64,000 nucleotides of DNA from Pyrinomonadaceae bacterium (GCA_046313635.1 JBKBYA010000004.1:1-64000); one strand, 5' to 3'; shown: positions 8,868 through 19,044, counted from the first letter of the stretch. Made by a program: numbers and translations. Notes: a model not told the origin generated them from the letters alone.

Positions 8868-9305
8868 CTATTTGAGATACCTGTGCTCGACCATCAGGCA
8901 CAGGTCCTGCACGACCTTGATCCCTTCACGCGCGAGCCGCTCGGCTGCTTCGTCGTTCCGTATCCCGAGCTGAAACCAGACCGACTTTGGCCGCTTTGCG
9001 ATGATGTCGTCGACGTGCGGCGGTATGTCGTTTGGGCGGCGAAAGACGTTGACCATGTCGATGTCGCCCGGCACGTCAACGAGCCTGCGATAGACGGGCC
9101 GGCCGAGTATCTCTGTGACCTCCGGGTAATAGACCGGCACCGGAATGATCTCGTAGCCTGCCGCGGCCATATATTTCGGAACGTAATAAGCCGGCTGCCC
9201 CGAGTGGCTCTCCGGCTTGATCCCCAGCACCGCGATCGTCCGCGTCTCCCGCAGCAGATCGGCTATCGCCTCGCCGCTCGCCAGCAAATTCTGCCTCCAA
9301 TCCAT
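8868..9305 (-). CDS. CoA-binding protein (YccU-like)
   Basis: TIAVLG, IDMVNVFR, VWFQLGIRN, VVQDLC. Confidence 0.9.
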   Translation of the reverse strand: MDWRQNLLASGEAIADLLRETRTIAVLGIKPESHSGQPAYYVPKYMAAAGYEIIPVPVYYPEVTEILGRPVYRRLVDVPGDIDMVNVFRRPNDIPPHVDDIIAKRPKSVWFQLGIRNDEAAERLAREGIKVVQDLCLMVEHRYLK

Positions 9306-9396
9306 AGTTCGAGTTTAGCGTGTGGGCAAGGAAGCTGGAAGCTTGTCTGCGCCGCCTTCATGGAGTCTTTACGCGAAAGCATCGCTTATGCGAATA

Positions 9397-9413
9397 TTAA
9401 TAATCGTTATTAA
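9397..9413. promoter_or_regulatory. Palindromic operator candidate TTAATAA-TCG-TTATTAA
   Basis: Perfect 7-3-7 AT-rich inverted repeat 8 nt before the acyl-CoA dehydrogenase ATG. Confidence 0.55.
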
Positions 9414-9421
9414 ATATCAAT

Positions 9422-10564
9422 ATGAATTTTGAACTGAGCGAAGAGCAGCAGCAGATCAAATACAGCGTGCGCGAGTTTGCCGAGAGCGAGATCCGTCCGC
9501 ACGTGATGGAGTGGGACGAGTCGCAGCATTTTCCCGAAGAGCTGCGGCCAAAGCTCGCCGAACTCGGCCTGATGGGCGTTATTTTTCCCGAGCAGTACGG
9601 CGGCGCCGGGATGGGCTATGTCGAATACGCCACCATCATCGAAGAGCTCGGCCGCGTGGACGGCTCGGTCGGCCTGTCGGTCGCGGCGCACAATTCGCTC
9701 TGCTCGAATCACATCTATCAATTCGGCAGCGAAGAGCAGAAACAGAAGTACCTCGTTCCGCTCGCGCAGGGCGAGAGCTTCGGCGCGTGGGGCCTGACCG
9801 AGTCGCAGGCCGGATCGGACGCGTCGGGAACGCGCACGACCGCCGTGCGCTCGAACGGCGGTTGGAAGGTCAACGGCTCGAAGAATTTCATCACGCACGC
9901 GATCGGGTGCAAGACGCTCGTCGCCGTCGCGGTGACCGACAAGTCGAAAGGTAACAAGGGCATTTCTGCGTTCATCTTCGACAAATCGATGGAAGGCTTT
10001 CGCTCCGACAAAAAAGAGAACAAGGTCGGAATGCGTGCGTCCGAGACGGCGTCGGTCGTATTCGAGGACTGCTACGTGCCGGACGAGAATCGCCTCGGCA
10101 GCGAGGGCGAGGGCTTTCTCCAGGCGATGCAGATACTCGACGGCGGCCGCATCTCGATCGCGGCGTTGTCGGTCGGCGTCGCGCAGGGAGCGTACGAGGC
10201 GGCGGTGCATTACGCAAAAGAGAGGCAGCAGTTCGGCCGGCCGATCTCTGAGTTTCAGGCGATCCAGTTCAAGCTTGCCGATATGGCGACGCAGATCGAG
10301 GCGGCGCGTCTGTTGACGCTGCAGGCCGCGGCGCTCAAAGACGCGGGCAAACCGACGACTCGGCAGTCGGCGATGGCAAAGCTCTACGCGTCCGAGGTCG
10401 CGGTCCGCGTCTCTGAAGAATCTGTCCAGATCCACGGCGGCTACGGGTACACCAAAGACTATCCGGCCGAGAAGTACTGGCGCGACTCCAAGCTGCTCAC
10501 CATCGGCGAGGGCACGAGCGAGATCCAGCGCCTCGTCATCGCAAAGCAGCTGCTCAAGTCGTAA
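9422..10564 (+). CDS. Acyl-CoA dehydrogenase
   Basis: [47 protein letters not shown]. Confidence 0.96.
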   Translation: MNFELSEEQQQIKYSVREFAESEIRPHVMEWDESQHFPEELRPKLAELGLMGVIFPEQYGGAGMGYVEYATIIEELGRVDGSVGLSVAAHNSLCSNHIYQFGSEEQKQKYLVPLAQGESFGAWGLTESQAGSDASGTRTTAVRSNGGWKVNGSKNFITHAIGCKTLVAVAVTDKSKGNKGISAFIFDKSMEGFRSDKKENKVGMRASETASVVFEDCYVPDENRLGSEGEGFLQAMQILDGGRISIAALSVGVAQGAYEAAVHYAKERQQFGRPISEFQAIQFKLADMATQIEAARLLTLQAAALKDAGKPTTRQSAMAKLYASEVAVRVSEESVQIHGGYGYTKDYPAEKYWRDSKLLTIGEGTSEIQRLVIAKQLLKS

Positions 10565-10687
10565 ATTCGCCGTCGCTCGTTCAGATCGGCCGCCGCAATA
10601 AACGCACATCCGTCGTCCGTGTTGCTCGAGTGCGGCACGAGTGATAGGATTCGCGCCTCGAATTACAAAAATAGAGGAGAGAGAGTT

Positions 10688-11215
10688 ATGAGTTCCACAA
10701 GTACTGTCCCGACCAACCGCATCGCTGCGTCTCTGATCAACGAGATGAAGAACGAGATCGAGACGACGAGGAAATGTCTCGAGCGAGTGCCTGCCGAAAA
10801 GTTTGGCTACAAGCCGCACGAGAAATCGATGGAGATGGGCCGGCTCGCGTCGCACATCGCCGAGATGTTTGGCTGGACGGCCGCCACGATAAATGGTCAC
10901 GAGCTCGATTTTGCGAAGATGGAGTACAAACCGTTCGAGCCGAAGACGACGGCCGAGCTGGTAGAGTTTTTTGAGACCAAGTCGTCCGAAGCGCTTAGGA
11001 CGCTGGAGAGCGTTCCCGACGAGGCGTTCATGGAAACGTGGACGCTCCGAAACGGCGAGCAGGTCTATTTCACCCTGCCGAAAGTAGCCGTGATGCGGAC
11101 CTTTGTAATGAACCACATCGTGCATCACCGCGGCCAGCTCTCGGTTTATCTGCGGCTCAACGACATCCCTGTGCCGGGCATCTACGGCCCGTCGGCCGAC
11201 GAGCAGACGATGTGA
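10688..11215 (+). CDS. DinB family protein
   Basis: GAGGAG RBS; LASHIAE and NHIVHHRGQLSVYLRL His motifs. Confidence 0.9.
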   Translation: MSSTSTVPTNRIAASLINEMKNEIETTRKCLERVPAEKFGYKPHEKSMEMGRLASHIAEMFGWTAATINGHELDFAKMEYKPFEPKTTAELVEFFETKSSEALRTLESVPDEAFMETWTLRNGEQVYFTLPKVAVMRTFVMNHIVHHRGQLSVYLRLNDIPVPGIYGPSADEQTM

Positions 11216-11345
11216 ATGCGTCAGCGACAGAAACGAAACATGGGGCGGGCCGCAGGCGTCGGCTCGCCCTTTTGATTTCGCCGCCGTAAGTGCGAAAATC
11301 GCGATTTACGGATCGACCTCTCCGATCGAGACGTCCCGACATTGA

Positions 11346-12287
11346 ATGTCCGATTCTGAATTGCTCGACAAGATCCGCCGCGGCGACCCTCGCTCGGTCG
11401 CGCGTGCCATCACGCTCATCGAGAACGGCGGCCCGCGTGCGGCCGAGATGATGAAGGCCGTCTACCCTGAGACCGGAAGGGCGACGATCGTCGGCATTAC
11501 CGGCTCGCCCGGTGCGGGCAAGTCGTCTCTGGTCGACAAGCTCGCTCTTTACTACAAAGACCGCGGCGAAAAGGTCGGCATCGTCTGCATCGATCCGTCG
11601 AGCCCCTTCTCGGGCGGAGCGATCCTCGGCGACCGCATTCGTATGGCGACGCTCGGGCTCGACAAGAACGTCTTTATCCGGTCGATGGCGACCCGCGGCA
11701 ACCTCGGCGGACTCTCGCGCGCGACGGTCGACGCCGTCGCGATACTGGACGCGGCCGGGTATTCAAAGGTGATCGTCGAGACGGTCGGCGTCGGCCAGGA
11801 CGAGGTCGAGATCGTCAAGACCGCCGATGTCTCGATCGTCGTTCTCGTGCCGGGAATGGGCGACGACATTCAGGCGATCAAGGCCGGCATTATGGAGATC
11901 GGCGACGTCTTTGTGATCAACAAGGCCGACCGCGAGGGCGTGCTGCGAACTCAGAAAGAGCTCGAGGCGCTGCTCAGCCTCGCTCACCGGCCCGATATGT
12001 GGGACCCGCCGATCGTCCGTACGATCGCCACCGAGAACAAAGGCATCGAGGACCTTGCGGCCGCCATCGAAAGCTATATCGGATTTCAGCGGCAGGCCGA
12101 GCATGCTCGCGAACGCCGCGAGGCCGTCGCCCGCTGGCGGCTTACGGAGCTGCTCCGCGAGAGACTGCTCGACGATCTTCTCAGCCGCAACGGAACGCCG
12201 GAGCTCCTCGACAAACTTGCCGCCGAGATCGCGGAAAAGCGCAGCGACCCGTATTCTGCCGTCGAACGGCTTATCGAAAAACAATGA
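11346..12287 (+). CDS. meaB: Methylmalonyl-CoA mutase-associated GTPase
   Basis: GITGSPGAGKSS, DPSSPFSGGAILGDRIRM, ETVGVGQ, NKAD. Confidence 0.95.
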   Translation: MSDSELLDKIRRGDPRSVARAITLIENGGPRAAEMMKAVYPETGRATIVGITGSPGAGKSSLVDKLALYYKDRGEKVGIVCIDPSSPFSGGAILGDRIRMATLGLDKNVFIRSMATRGNLGGLSRATVDAVAILDAAGYSKVIVETVGVGQDEVEIVKTADVSIVVLVPGMGDDIQAIKAGIMEIGDVFVINKADREGVLRTQKELEALLSLAHRPDMWDPPIVRTIATENKGIEDLAAAIESYIGFQRQAEHARERREAVARWRLTELLRERLLDDLLSRNGTPELLDKLAAEIAEKRSDPYSAVERLIEKQ

Positions 12288-12679
12288 AGATCGATCATCT
12301 CGGCATCGCGACCAAAGGCATCGACGAAGCGCTCAAATTCTGGGCCGACTCGCTCGGTCTCGAGAATGTGCACACAGAAACGGTCGACGACCAAAAGGTC
12401 CGCGTCGCGATGCTGCCCGTCGGCGAGAGCCGGATCGAGCTGCTCGAGCCGACATCTGAAGATTCGCCGATCAGTAAATTTTTAGAGAAGCGCGGCGGCG
12501 GCATTCATCATATCGCGGTCCGGGTCGACGACATTCGCGAGGCCCTCGCGCGTTTGAGATCTCAAGGGGCGCGGCTGATCGACGAGGAGCCGCGGGTCGG
12601 CGCCGAGGGCTGTCTGGTCGCATTTGTCCACCCGTCGTCGAGCGGCGGAGTGCTGCTCGAGCTGGTGCAGACTAATTGA
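12284..12679 (+). CDS. mce: Methylmalonyl-CoA epimerase
   Basis: MKIDHLGIA, IELLEP, GGIHHIA, GGVLLELV; ATGA overlap with meaB. Confidence 0.93.
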   Translation: MKIDHLGIATKGIDEALKFWADSLGLENVHTETVDDQKVRVAMLPVGESRIELLEPTSEDSPISKFLEKRGGGIHHIAVRVDDIREALARLRSQGARLIDEEPRVGAEGCLVAFVHPSSSGGVLLELVQTN

Positions 12680-12784
12680 AATTCGGCTTCGCCCGCCAAG
12701 CGTCGTTTCTGCTAAGATAGCGATTCGCTTGCCAAAGGGCTTTCCGCGTGGGGATAACACACAAATAAGTTGAGGTGATTTGAG

Positions 12785-14248
12785 TTGAGTAATTTAATCA
12801 AGGGATCGATCCTGCTGGTCGCAGTGCTTGCTATCGGCGTAGGGCTCGTCGTCTGGAAAAAGAAGGTCGGCGGTCATGAGACGGCTTCGTTCAAGAGCAT
12901 TTCAAAGGACGAAATGCAGCTGCTGGTCAGCGACCTCGCCGAAAAGAATCCGATGGCGATCAAGCGCCTCGCCGAGGACGCAGAGCTTCGCAAGAAACAG
13001 GCCGAGAGCCTCAAGCAGCTCCTCGCCTTTGCGGTCGCCGCTCAAAAGGAAGGCATAGCCGCCGACGAGACAAACCGGCAGGAGCTCGAGAATATCCGCG
13101 CGCAGACGGTCGCCGTCAGCTACGACAATTTCATCAACAAGGACAAAGGTCCGATGCCGCAATTCGGCTTTATTACCGAAGACCAGCTCAAGGAGTACTG
13201 GGGCGAGACCGAGGGCCAGGCGGCCGCGGCCGAGCCGACCTTTTGGGACAAGCTCGGCCTGAGCGGCACGGCCGAGACGCGTCGCCGAGAGGCCGAGTTC
13301 CAAAAGTTCGTGGATACAAAGGTCAAGCTGATGAAAGAGGCGAATCCGCAGATGAAGGACCGCGAGATCAGCGACGACGAGATCAAGCAGGCCCGGGAAT
13401 TCTTTGCCAAGATGAAGATCTACGAGGCCGAATTCGATCAAAAGGCGAATTCGCTCGATCCGAACTTTGTCAAAAAGGTGAATCTGCAGACAAAGCTTCA
13501 GCAGGCGCAGTTTCTCGCGCGGCTCTATTCGGAAAAGATCGCAGACAAGGTCAAGGCCACCGACGAAGAGATCAGCAAGTACATCGCCGAGCACCCCGAG
13601 ATCGATCCTGCGTCCAAAAAGGCAAAGGCGGTCGAGATACTCAACCGCGCAAAGTCGGGCGAGGATTTTGCGAAGCTCGCCAACGAGTTCAGCGAGGACC
13701 CGGGAAACAAGGACCCCAAGGGCGAATCGCAGGGCGGACTCTACAAGGACGTCACGCAGGGACGCATGGTCAAGCCGTTTGAGGACGCGGCCCTGTCGCT
13801 GCAGCCCGGCCAGATCTTTCCGGACGTGGTCGAGACCGATTACGGTTTTCATATCATCAAGCTTGAGAACCGCTCGGACGTCAACGACAAGTCAGGCAGC
13901 CCGGTCAAGTACGACGTCCGCCACATCCTGATCAGCACGGGCGTCAAGGATCCCGACAACCCGATCGGGCGCGACCAGCCGGTCAAGCAGTACGTCCGCA
14001 GCAAGATCGAAGAAGAGAAAGAAAAAGAGCTCGTCGACAAGATCGTCGAAGAGAGCGGCGTTACGGTCGCCGAGGATTACGAACTGCCGCAGATCAGCGA
14101 AGAGCAGATCCAGGAAATGATGAAAAAGCAGCAGTCGCAGTTCCTCGACCAGAGCGGGGCGGGAGAGCCCGACGGCGAGGCGGCTCCGGAGGCCGGTTCA
14201 AAGGATGCGAAGCCGCAGGCCAAAAAGCCCGAGGCCAAGAAAAAGTAA
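12785..14248 (+). CDS. Parvulin-type peptidyl-prolyl isomerase (PrsA/PpiD-like), N-terminal membrane anchor
   Basis: GEDFAKLANEFSEDPG, MVKPFEDAA, VETDYGFHIIK. Confidence 0.88.
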   Translation: MSNLIKGSILLVAVLAIGVGLVVWKKKVGGHETASFKSISKDEMQLLVSDLAEKNPMAIKRLAEDAELRKKQAESLKQLLAFAVAAQKEGIAADETNRQELENIRAQTVAVSYDNFINKDKGPMPQFGFITEDQLKEYWGETEGQAAAAEPTFWDKLGLSGTAETRRREAEFQKFVDTKVKLMKEANPQMKDREISDDEIKQAREFFAKMKIYEAEFDQKANSLDPNFVKKVNLQTKLQQAQFLARLYSEKIADKVKATDEEISKYIAEHPEIDPASKKAKAVEILNRAKSGEDFAKLANEFSEDPGNKDPKGESQGGLYKDVTQGRMVKPFEDAALSLQPGQIFPDVVETDYGFHIIKLENRSDVNDKSGSPVKYDVRHILISTGVKDPDNPIGRDQPVKQYVRSKIEEEKEKELVDKIVEESGVTVAEDYELPQISEEQIQEMMKKQQSQFLDQSGAGEPDGEAAPEAGSKDAKPQAKKPEAKKK

Positions 14249-14320
14249 AACACGATGAACTGACGTTCATCAGCGGACGATCGGTCGAGAGGCTGATCGT
14301 CCGTTATAGTTTCAAGCGAA

Positions 14321-15172
14321 ATGAGGTTTGGAGAATTCAGGGTCGAGATAGTTCCTGATACCGAGTTCAGGCTCGACGGCGGAGCGATGTTCGGCGTCGT
14401 GCCAAAGGTACTCTGGCAGCGGGTCGCGCCGGCGGACGAAGACAATCGTGTTCTGCTCAATATGAACTGCGTCTACGTCGAGACCGCGACCGACAAGATC
14501 TTGATCGAGACCGGCATCGGCGAAAAATGGTCGGAGAAGGCCGTAAAGATGTACGGCATCTCGCGCGAGCGCCCGCTTGCCGAGTCGATCCGGGCGATCG
14601 CGGGCTGCGGGCCTGAGGAGATCACGATCGTCGTCAACACGCATCTGCATTTCGATCACGCCGGCGGCAACACTATCCGCGACGCGCGGACCGGTGACAT
14701 CGTGCCGCAGTTCCCGAATGCGCGGTATCTCGTTTCGCGATCTGAGTACGAGCACGCGGCCGAACCGCACGAGCGAGATCGAGCAAGCTACCTTGCCGAG
14801 AATTGGGAGCCGCTGCTCCGTTCGGGGCAGCTTGAGCTGATGGCTGACGAGTACGAGGTCGTTCCCGGTCTGCGAATGCAGGTCGTCCGCGGGCACTCGG
14901 CGACGATGCAGACCTGGCGTCTTGAGAGCGGCGGGCAGACGATGTACGGCTTCGCAGATCTCGTGCCGACCGCTAACCACCTCGCGCCGGCGTGGATCAT
15001 GGGCTACGACCTTTTTCCGACCGAGACGCTCGCATTCAAAAAAGAGGTGCTGCCGCGGGCCGTGCGCGAGCGCTGGCTTTGCGTTTTTTATCACGACCCG
15101 GCAAAACCGCTTTGCCGTTTGGCAGAGACCGATGGCATAATCCGGGGCGAGGCCTTCGACGCCCACAACTAA
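14321..15172 (+). CDS. MBL-fold metallo-hydrolase (YtnP-like)
   Basis: FRLDGGAMFGVVPK, THLHFDHAGG, GH, DL, YHDP. Confidence 0.92.
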   Translation: MRFGEFRVEIVPDTEFRLDGGAMFGVVPKVLWQRVAPADEDNRVLLNMNCVYVETATDKILIETGIGEKWSEKAVKMYGISRERPLAESIRAIAGCGPEEITIVVNTHLHFDHAGGNTIRDARTGDIVPQFPNARYLVSRSEYEHAAEPHERDRASYLAENWEPLLRSGQLELMADEYEVVPGLRMQVVRGHSATMQTWRLESGGQTMYGFADLVPTANHLAPAWIMGYDLFPTETLAFKKEVLPRAVRERWLCVFYHDPAKPLCRLAETDGIIRGEAFDAHN

Positions 15173-15175
15173 GCA

Positions 15176-15664
15176 ATGAAAAAACTGATCTCTCTCGTCG
15201 CCCTCGTACTGCTGTGCGCCTCGGCGCAGACAGCGTTCTCGCAGCAATCGAATAAAGACCTTGTCATCCAAGCGGCCAGAGCGATGGAAACGGCGCCGGC
15301 CTCGCCTGAGACCGCGCGGCTCACGAGCCCGGCGCTCAAATGGCTGATCGAGACCGAGGACGTCCATCTGATCGTCTGCGGGAACGTGATCGGACCGATG
15401 CTCGAAAAGAAAAATAAGAACGGCACCGCGATGATCGGCGCATACACGATCGGAATGGGAGCCTTCAAGATCCAGAATCCCGACCGAGCCAACGACGAGG
15501 ACGCCGCGCAGCTCGCGGGCGTCGAGCTCGCGCTAAAGGTGTACGAAATTCTCGTCAAAGAAAAACCAAAGACAAAATTTGACCCGGTCGAGCAGCTTAT
15601 TGCGAAACGGAACAGCGGCGAGCTTGCCGCAAGCGTCAAGAGCGCCGCGTGCGGAAAGAAATGA
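15176..15664 (+). CDS. Secreted hypothetical protein
   Basis: Signal peptide, 162 aa. Confidence 0.75.
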   Translation: MKKLISLVALVLLCASAQTAFSQQSNKDLVIQAARAMETAPASPETARLTSPALKWLIETEDVHLIVCGNVIGPMLEKKNKNGTAMIGAYTIGMGAFKIQNPDRANDEDAAQLAGVELALKVYEILVKEKPKTKFDPVEQLIAKRNSGELAASVKSAACGKK

Positions 15665-15730
15665 CCGATCGCCGATCGCTCGGCCGCCGACGTGGCGAAT
15701 GCGAATTCCTCGCTCGCCGTGCGGCCAAAA

Positions 15731-15759
15731 ACCTTTTCCACAGAATTTGTGGAAAAGGT
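15731..15759. promoter_or_regulatory. Palindrome containing two inverted DnaA-box matches
   Basis: ACC-TTTTCCACA-GAATT-TGTGGAAAA-GGT; both halves fit TTWTNCACA. Confidence 0.45.
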
Positions 15760-15855
15760 GCTCGTATAGAGCCTTCGGTCGAACAAAAAGTCTTTATCGC
15801 ATAAGTGCTTTTAGCACTTTGCACACGTTGTAAGCGCTCGATGCGAGGTCGATCG

Positions 15856-16200
15856 ATGATCACGAAAATGTATCGTGGGGCCGCGGCAATTCTCTTTGCA
15901 CTGGTGCTGATGGGATGTTCAAAACCGGACGTCGCCGGTCGAGAAGGCGACGGTTCTCAGACCGCGTCGGCCGGCAAGATAGACATCAACACCGCATCTG
16001 CGAAAGAGCTCGAGCGACTGCCGGGCGTCGGCGAGCATCTCGCGCTCCGCATCGTGCAGCATCGCGACGCGAACGGCCCCTTTCGCCGTGTCGAGGAGAT
16101 AATGCTTGTCCCGGGTTTCAGCGACAAACGATTCCGAACGATCAGATCGATGATCACTGTCGATCGACGTACATTTGGCGATCAACTACCCCCAAACTAA
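15856..16200 (+). CDS. comEA: ComEA-like helix-hairpin-helix DNA receptor (lipoprotein)
   Basis: LMGC lipobox; IDINTASAKELERLPGVG..A.RIVQHR..GPF; start chosen from GAGGT RBS. Confidence 0.88.
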   Translation: MITKMYRGAAAILFALVLMGCSKPDVAGREGDGSQTASAGKIDINTASAKELERLPGVGEHLALRIVQHRDANGPFRRVEEIMLVPGFSDKRFRTIRSMITVDRRTFGDQLPPN

Positions 16201-18874
16201 CTCGACACGCTGCCCGGCCGTGCCGATCGCGCTGGCTTTTGCCGCCGGCATTTTTTTCGCGCGGCAGCTCGACCTCACTCTCGCCGCAGCGATCGCCGCA
16301 GCATCTGCCGCGATGGCCGGATCGCTCATCCTCAGGCCGCGCCCGGCCGCATGGTATTTCGTCCTGCTTGCGTTCGCTTCGGCAGGGGCGCTGTCGGCCG
16401 TATTCGAGCGCGACGGCGTCAGGCACGACCGCATTCGGCGAATGATCGAGCGCGGCGATGTCGGATCGGGCTCGCTCGTGAGACTCGTCGGCACGATCAG
16501 GTCCGACCCCGAGCCGATGACCGACGGCTGCTCGATCGAAGTTTCGGCCGAGCGGATCGAGCTGCGAGGCGAGCACTCGAGCGCGAGCGGGGCGGTACGT
16601 CTCATCGTGTCCGCGCCGGATACCGAATCCAGGGCCGAGCTCGACCGCCTGCGGCTCGAGAGAGGCAGCCGCATCGCCGTTCCCGTTCAACTGTTTCGCG
16701 AGGAGCAATTTCAAAATCCCGGCGTCCGCAGTCGTATCGAACTGCTCGACCAGCAGGGGATAGACGCGGCGGGAATCATCAAAAGTCCGCTGCTGATCGA
16801 AACGCTCGAAGGCGAGCCGCGCCTGCTCCCGCTCGTATGGGCCGGCCGGGCCCGCGGCTGGCTGATCCGCGAGTTTGAGCGACTCTTTACACCTGCGACC
16901 GCGGGCACGATGATCGCCTCGACACTCGGCGACAAGTACTTTCTGGACCGGCAGACCTCCGAATTGCATCGTACGGGCGGTACGTTTCACGTGCTGGTGA
17001 TATCCGGCCTGCACGTCACATTCATCGGCGGACTGCTGCTCATGACGATCGGTAGGCTCTTTCGCGGCCGCTGGACGAAGTTCGTCGTGGTGAACTCTCT
17101 TCTGTGGGTCTTTGCGATCGTCGTGGGCTCGGAGGTTCCGGTCGTCCGAGCGTGCCTGATGTTTTCGCTGCTCCACCTTTCGCGCGTCATCGATCGCGAC
17201 AGCAGTCTGCTCAATTCGCTCGCGCTGTCGGCTCTGCTGCTCTTGATCTGGCGGCCGCTGGACCTTTTTGCGCCGTCGTTCCAATTGACGATGGTAAGCG
17301 TGGCCTCGATCGTCGCGATGGGCATCCCTCTAACCGCGAAGCTACACGCGATCGGGAAATGGACGCCGGCGGCGGGCCGGCCGTTCCCGCCGAATGTGCC
17401 GCGATGGCTGCGGCGAACCTGCGAGACGCTCTATTGGGACCCGCGGGCCTGGGCCATCGAACGACACCGAAGCATCTGGTCGGCAAACCTATTCAAAGCT
17501 CCGTTTGTTGGACCGCGCGCCGAAGGAGCGTCTCGACGGGCGCTCGCCTACTTATTTGACGCGCTGCTGATCTCTTCTGTCATACAGCTGTGGCTGCTGC
17601 CATTGTCTGTTTTTTACTTTCACCGTTTCGCGGCAGCGTCGCTAATTTTGAATCTATGGGTCGGGCCTCTGCTCGCGGTCGAGAGCTTCGCCGCTCTCGC
17701 CGCGGTCGCGGTTGCCCAGGTCAGCTCGGGAGCGGCGGCGGCCTTCGTACATTTGACCGAGGTCATCAACAGTTTGCTGCTGTGGCTGCCGTCGGCCCTC
17801 GCCGGATTTGACGCCGCAAGCCGGCGAGTGCCGATATATTCCGGCCGCGGCGTCTGGCTGTACCCGGCGGCAGTGCTGCTGGCGTCGGCGCTGGGCGCGG
17901 TCATCTACGTCTGGGACCCGTTCCGCCTGATGCCTCGACGGCGGATCGTGTCGGCCGCGGCAGCGGTGCTTGGCGCGGCGATCGTTGGCGCGGCATTCGT
18001 GATCGTGCAGCATCCATTCAGCGCCGCGGGCGGCGACGGCCGGCTGAGGATCGACGTGCTCGATGTCGGGCAGGGCGACTCCGCTTTTATTACGTTCCCC
18101 GACGGAGGGACGATGCTCGTGGACGGCGGCGGGTCGATCTCGTTTCAAGGCGAAGCGGACGAAAACGCGTTCGAGCCGGACCGGCCGCGGATAGGCGAGT
18201 TCGTGGTCTCGGAATTTGTTTGGGAGCAGGGCCGTTCGTCGATCGATCACGTGGTCGCGACCCACGCCGACTCCGACCATATCGATGGACTCGTCGACGT
18301 GATCCGGAACTTTGACGTCGGAGAGCTGATCATCGCGAGACGGCCCGCAGACGATCCCGAACTCGGCAAGCTCCTGCACGCCGCCCAACTACGCAACATT
18401 CCCGTCACCTTTACCTGGGCCGGACGCGCGATCTCGATCGCGGGCGTCAGCGTTGAGACCCTCTGGCCCGACAGCGACACGAACGGCGCATCCGACAACG
18501 ACCGTTCGATCGTCATGAGACTGGTTTACGGCGATCGCACTTTCCTGTTGACCGGCGATATCGAACGTTCCGCGGAGGAGGCCTTGCTACTGTCGCCCGT
18601 TTTGCTTAAAGCGGACCTGATAAAAGTGCCGCACCACGGAAGCCGCAGCTCATCGACCCCGGCCTTTGTCAACGCGGTAGGGCCGGCGTTCGCGATGATC
18701 TCGGTCGGCCGGCGTTCGCGTTTTGGCCATCCGCATCCCGAGGTCGTCCGGCGCTGGCGGCAGGTCGGCGCCGAGGTCAGGACGACCGGAGAGCTTGGAT
18801 CGATCACGGTAACGTCCGACGGCAGCGATCTCTGTGTCACCTCGTATGTGAACCGATCGACCCTTTGCCGATAG
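16175..18874 (+). CDS. comEC: DNA internalisation competence protein ComEC/Rec2
   Basis: HVLVISGLHV, SFQLT, LDVGQGDS, THADSDHIDG, KVPHHGS, FGHPHPEV. Confidence 0.94.
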   Translation: MAINYPQTNSTRCPAVPIALAFAAGIFFARQLDLTLAAAIAAASAAMAGSLILRPRPAAWYFVLLAFASAGALSAVFERDGVRHDRIRRMIERGDVGSGSLVRLVGTIRSDPEPMTDGCSIEVSAERIELRGEHSSASGAVRLIVSAPDTESRAELDRLRLERGSRIAVPVQLFREEQFQNPGVRSRIELLDQQGIDAAGIIKSPLLIETLEGEPRLLPLVWAGRARGWLIREFERLFTPATAGTMIASTLGDKYFLDRQTSELHRTGGTFHVLVISGLHVTFIGGLLLMTIGRLFRGRWTKFVVVNSLLWVFAIVVGSEVPVVRACLMFSLLHLSRVIDRDSSLLNSLALSALLLLIWRPLDLFAPSFQLTMVSVASIVAMGIPLTAKLHAIGKWTPAAGRPFPPNVPRWLRRTCETLYWDPRAWAIERHRSIWSANLFKAPFVGPRAEGASRRALAYLFDALLISSVIQLWLLPLSVFYFHRFAAASLILNLWVGPLLAVESFAALAAVAVAQVSSGAAAAFVHLTEVINSLLLWLPSALAGFDAASRRVPIYSGRGVWLYPAAVLLASALGAVIYVWDPFRLMPRRRIVSAAAAVLGAAIVGAAFVIVQHPFSAAGGDGRLRIDVLDVGQGDSAFITFPDGGTMLVDGGGSISFQGEADENAFEPDRPRIGEFVVSEFVWEQGRSSIDHVVATHADSDHIDGLVDVIRNFDVGELIIARRPADDPELGKLLHAAQLRNIPVTFTWAGRAISIAGVSVETLWPDSDTNGASDNDRSIVMRLVYGDRTFLLTGDIERSAEEALLLSPVLLKADLIKVPHHGSRSSSTPAFVNAVGPAFAMISVGRRSRFGHPHPEVVRRWRQVGAEVRTTGELGSITVTSDGSDLCVTSYVNRSTLCR

Positions 18875-18900
18875 CCGCGCGCCGCCATACGTTTAAACGG

Positions 18901-18960
18901 AAAAACGCCCGCCGGTTTAAGCACTCAAACCTGCGAGCGTTCCTTCAGTCGTCTTAGTAT
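18901..18960 (-). ncRNA. Candidate small RNA (about 60 nt)
   Basis: Minus-strand TTGACA-N16-TAGACT immediately upstream; long terminator hairpin 18904-18941 plus T run; no ORF. Confidence 0.55.
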
Positions 18961-18966
18961 GACGTT

Positions 18967-18994
18967 AGTCTACTGATTTATCGGCCGATGTCAA
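18967..18994 (-). promoter_or_regulatory. Sigma70-type promoter
   Basis: TTGACA (18989-18994), 16 nt, TAGACT (18967-18972); AT-rich upstream tract. Confidence 0.6.
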
Positions 18995-19044
18995 GCTCTT
19001 TAACGTAAAACATTAACAAATTTGTTCAACACAGTTTAAGCACC

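Noticed and set aside
9410..11128. 572-aa minus-strand ORF
   Set aside because: Shadow of the acyl-CoA dehydrogenase and DinB genes.
15700..15830. Replication origin
   Set aside because: Only two DnaA-box matches, no AT-rich unwinding element, no dnaA/dnaN context.
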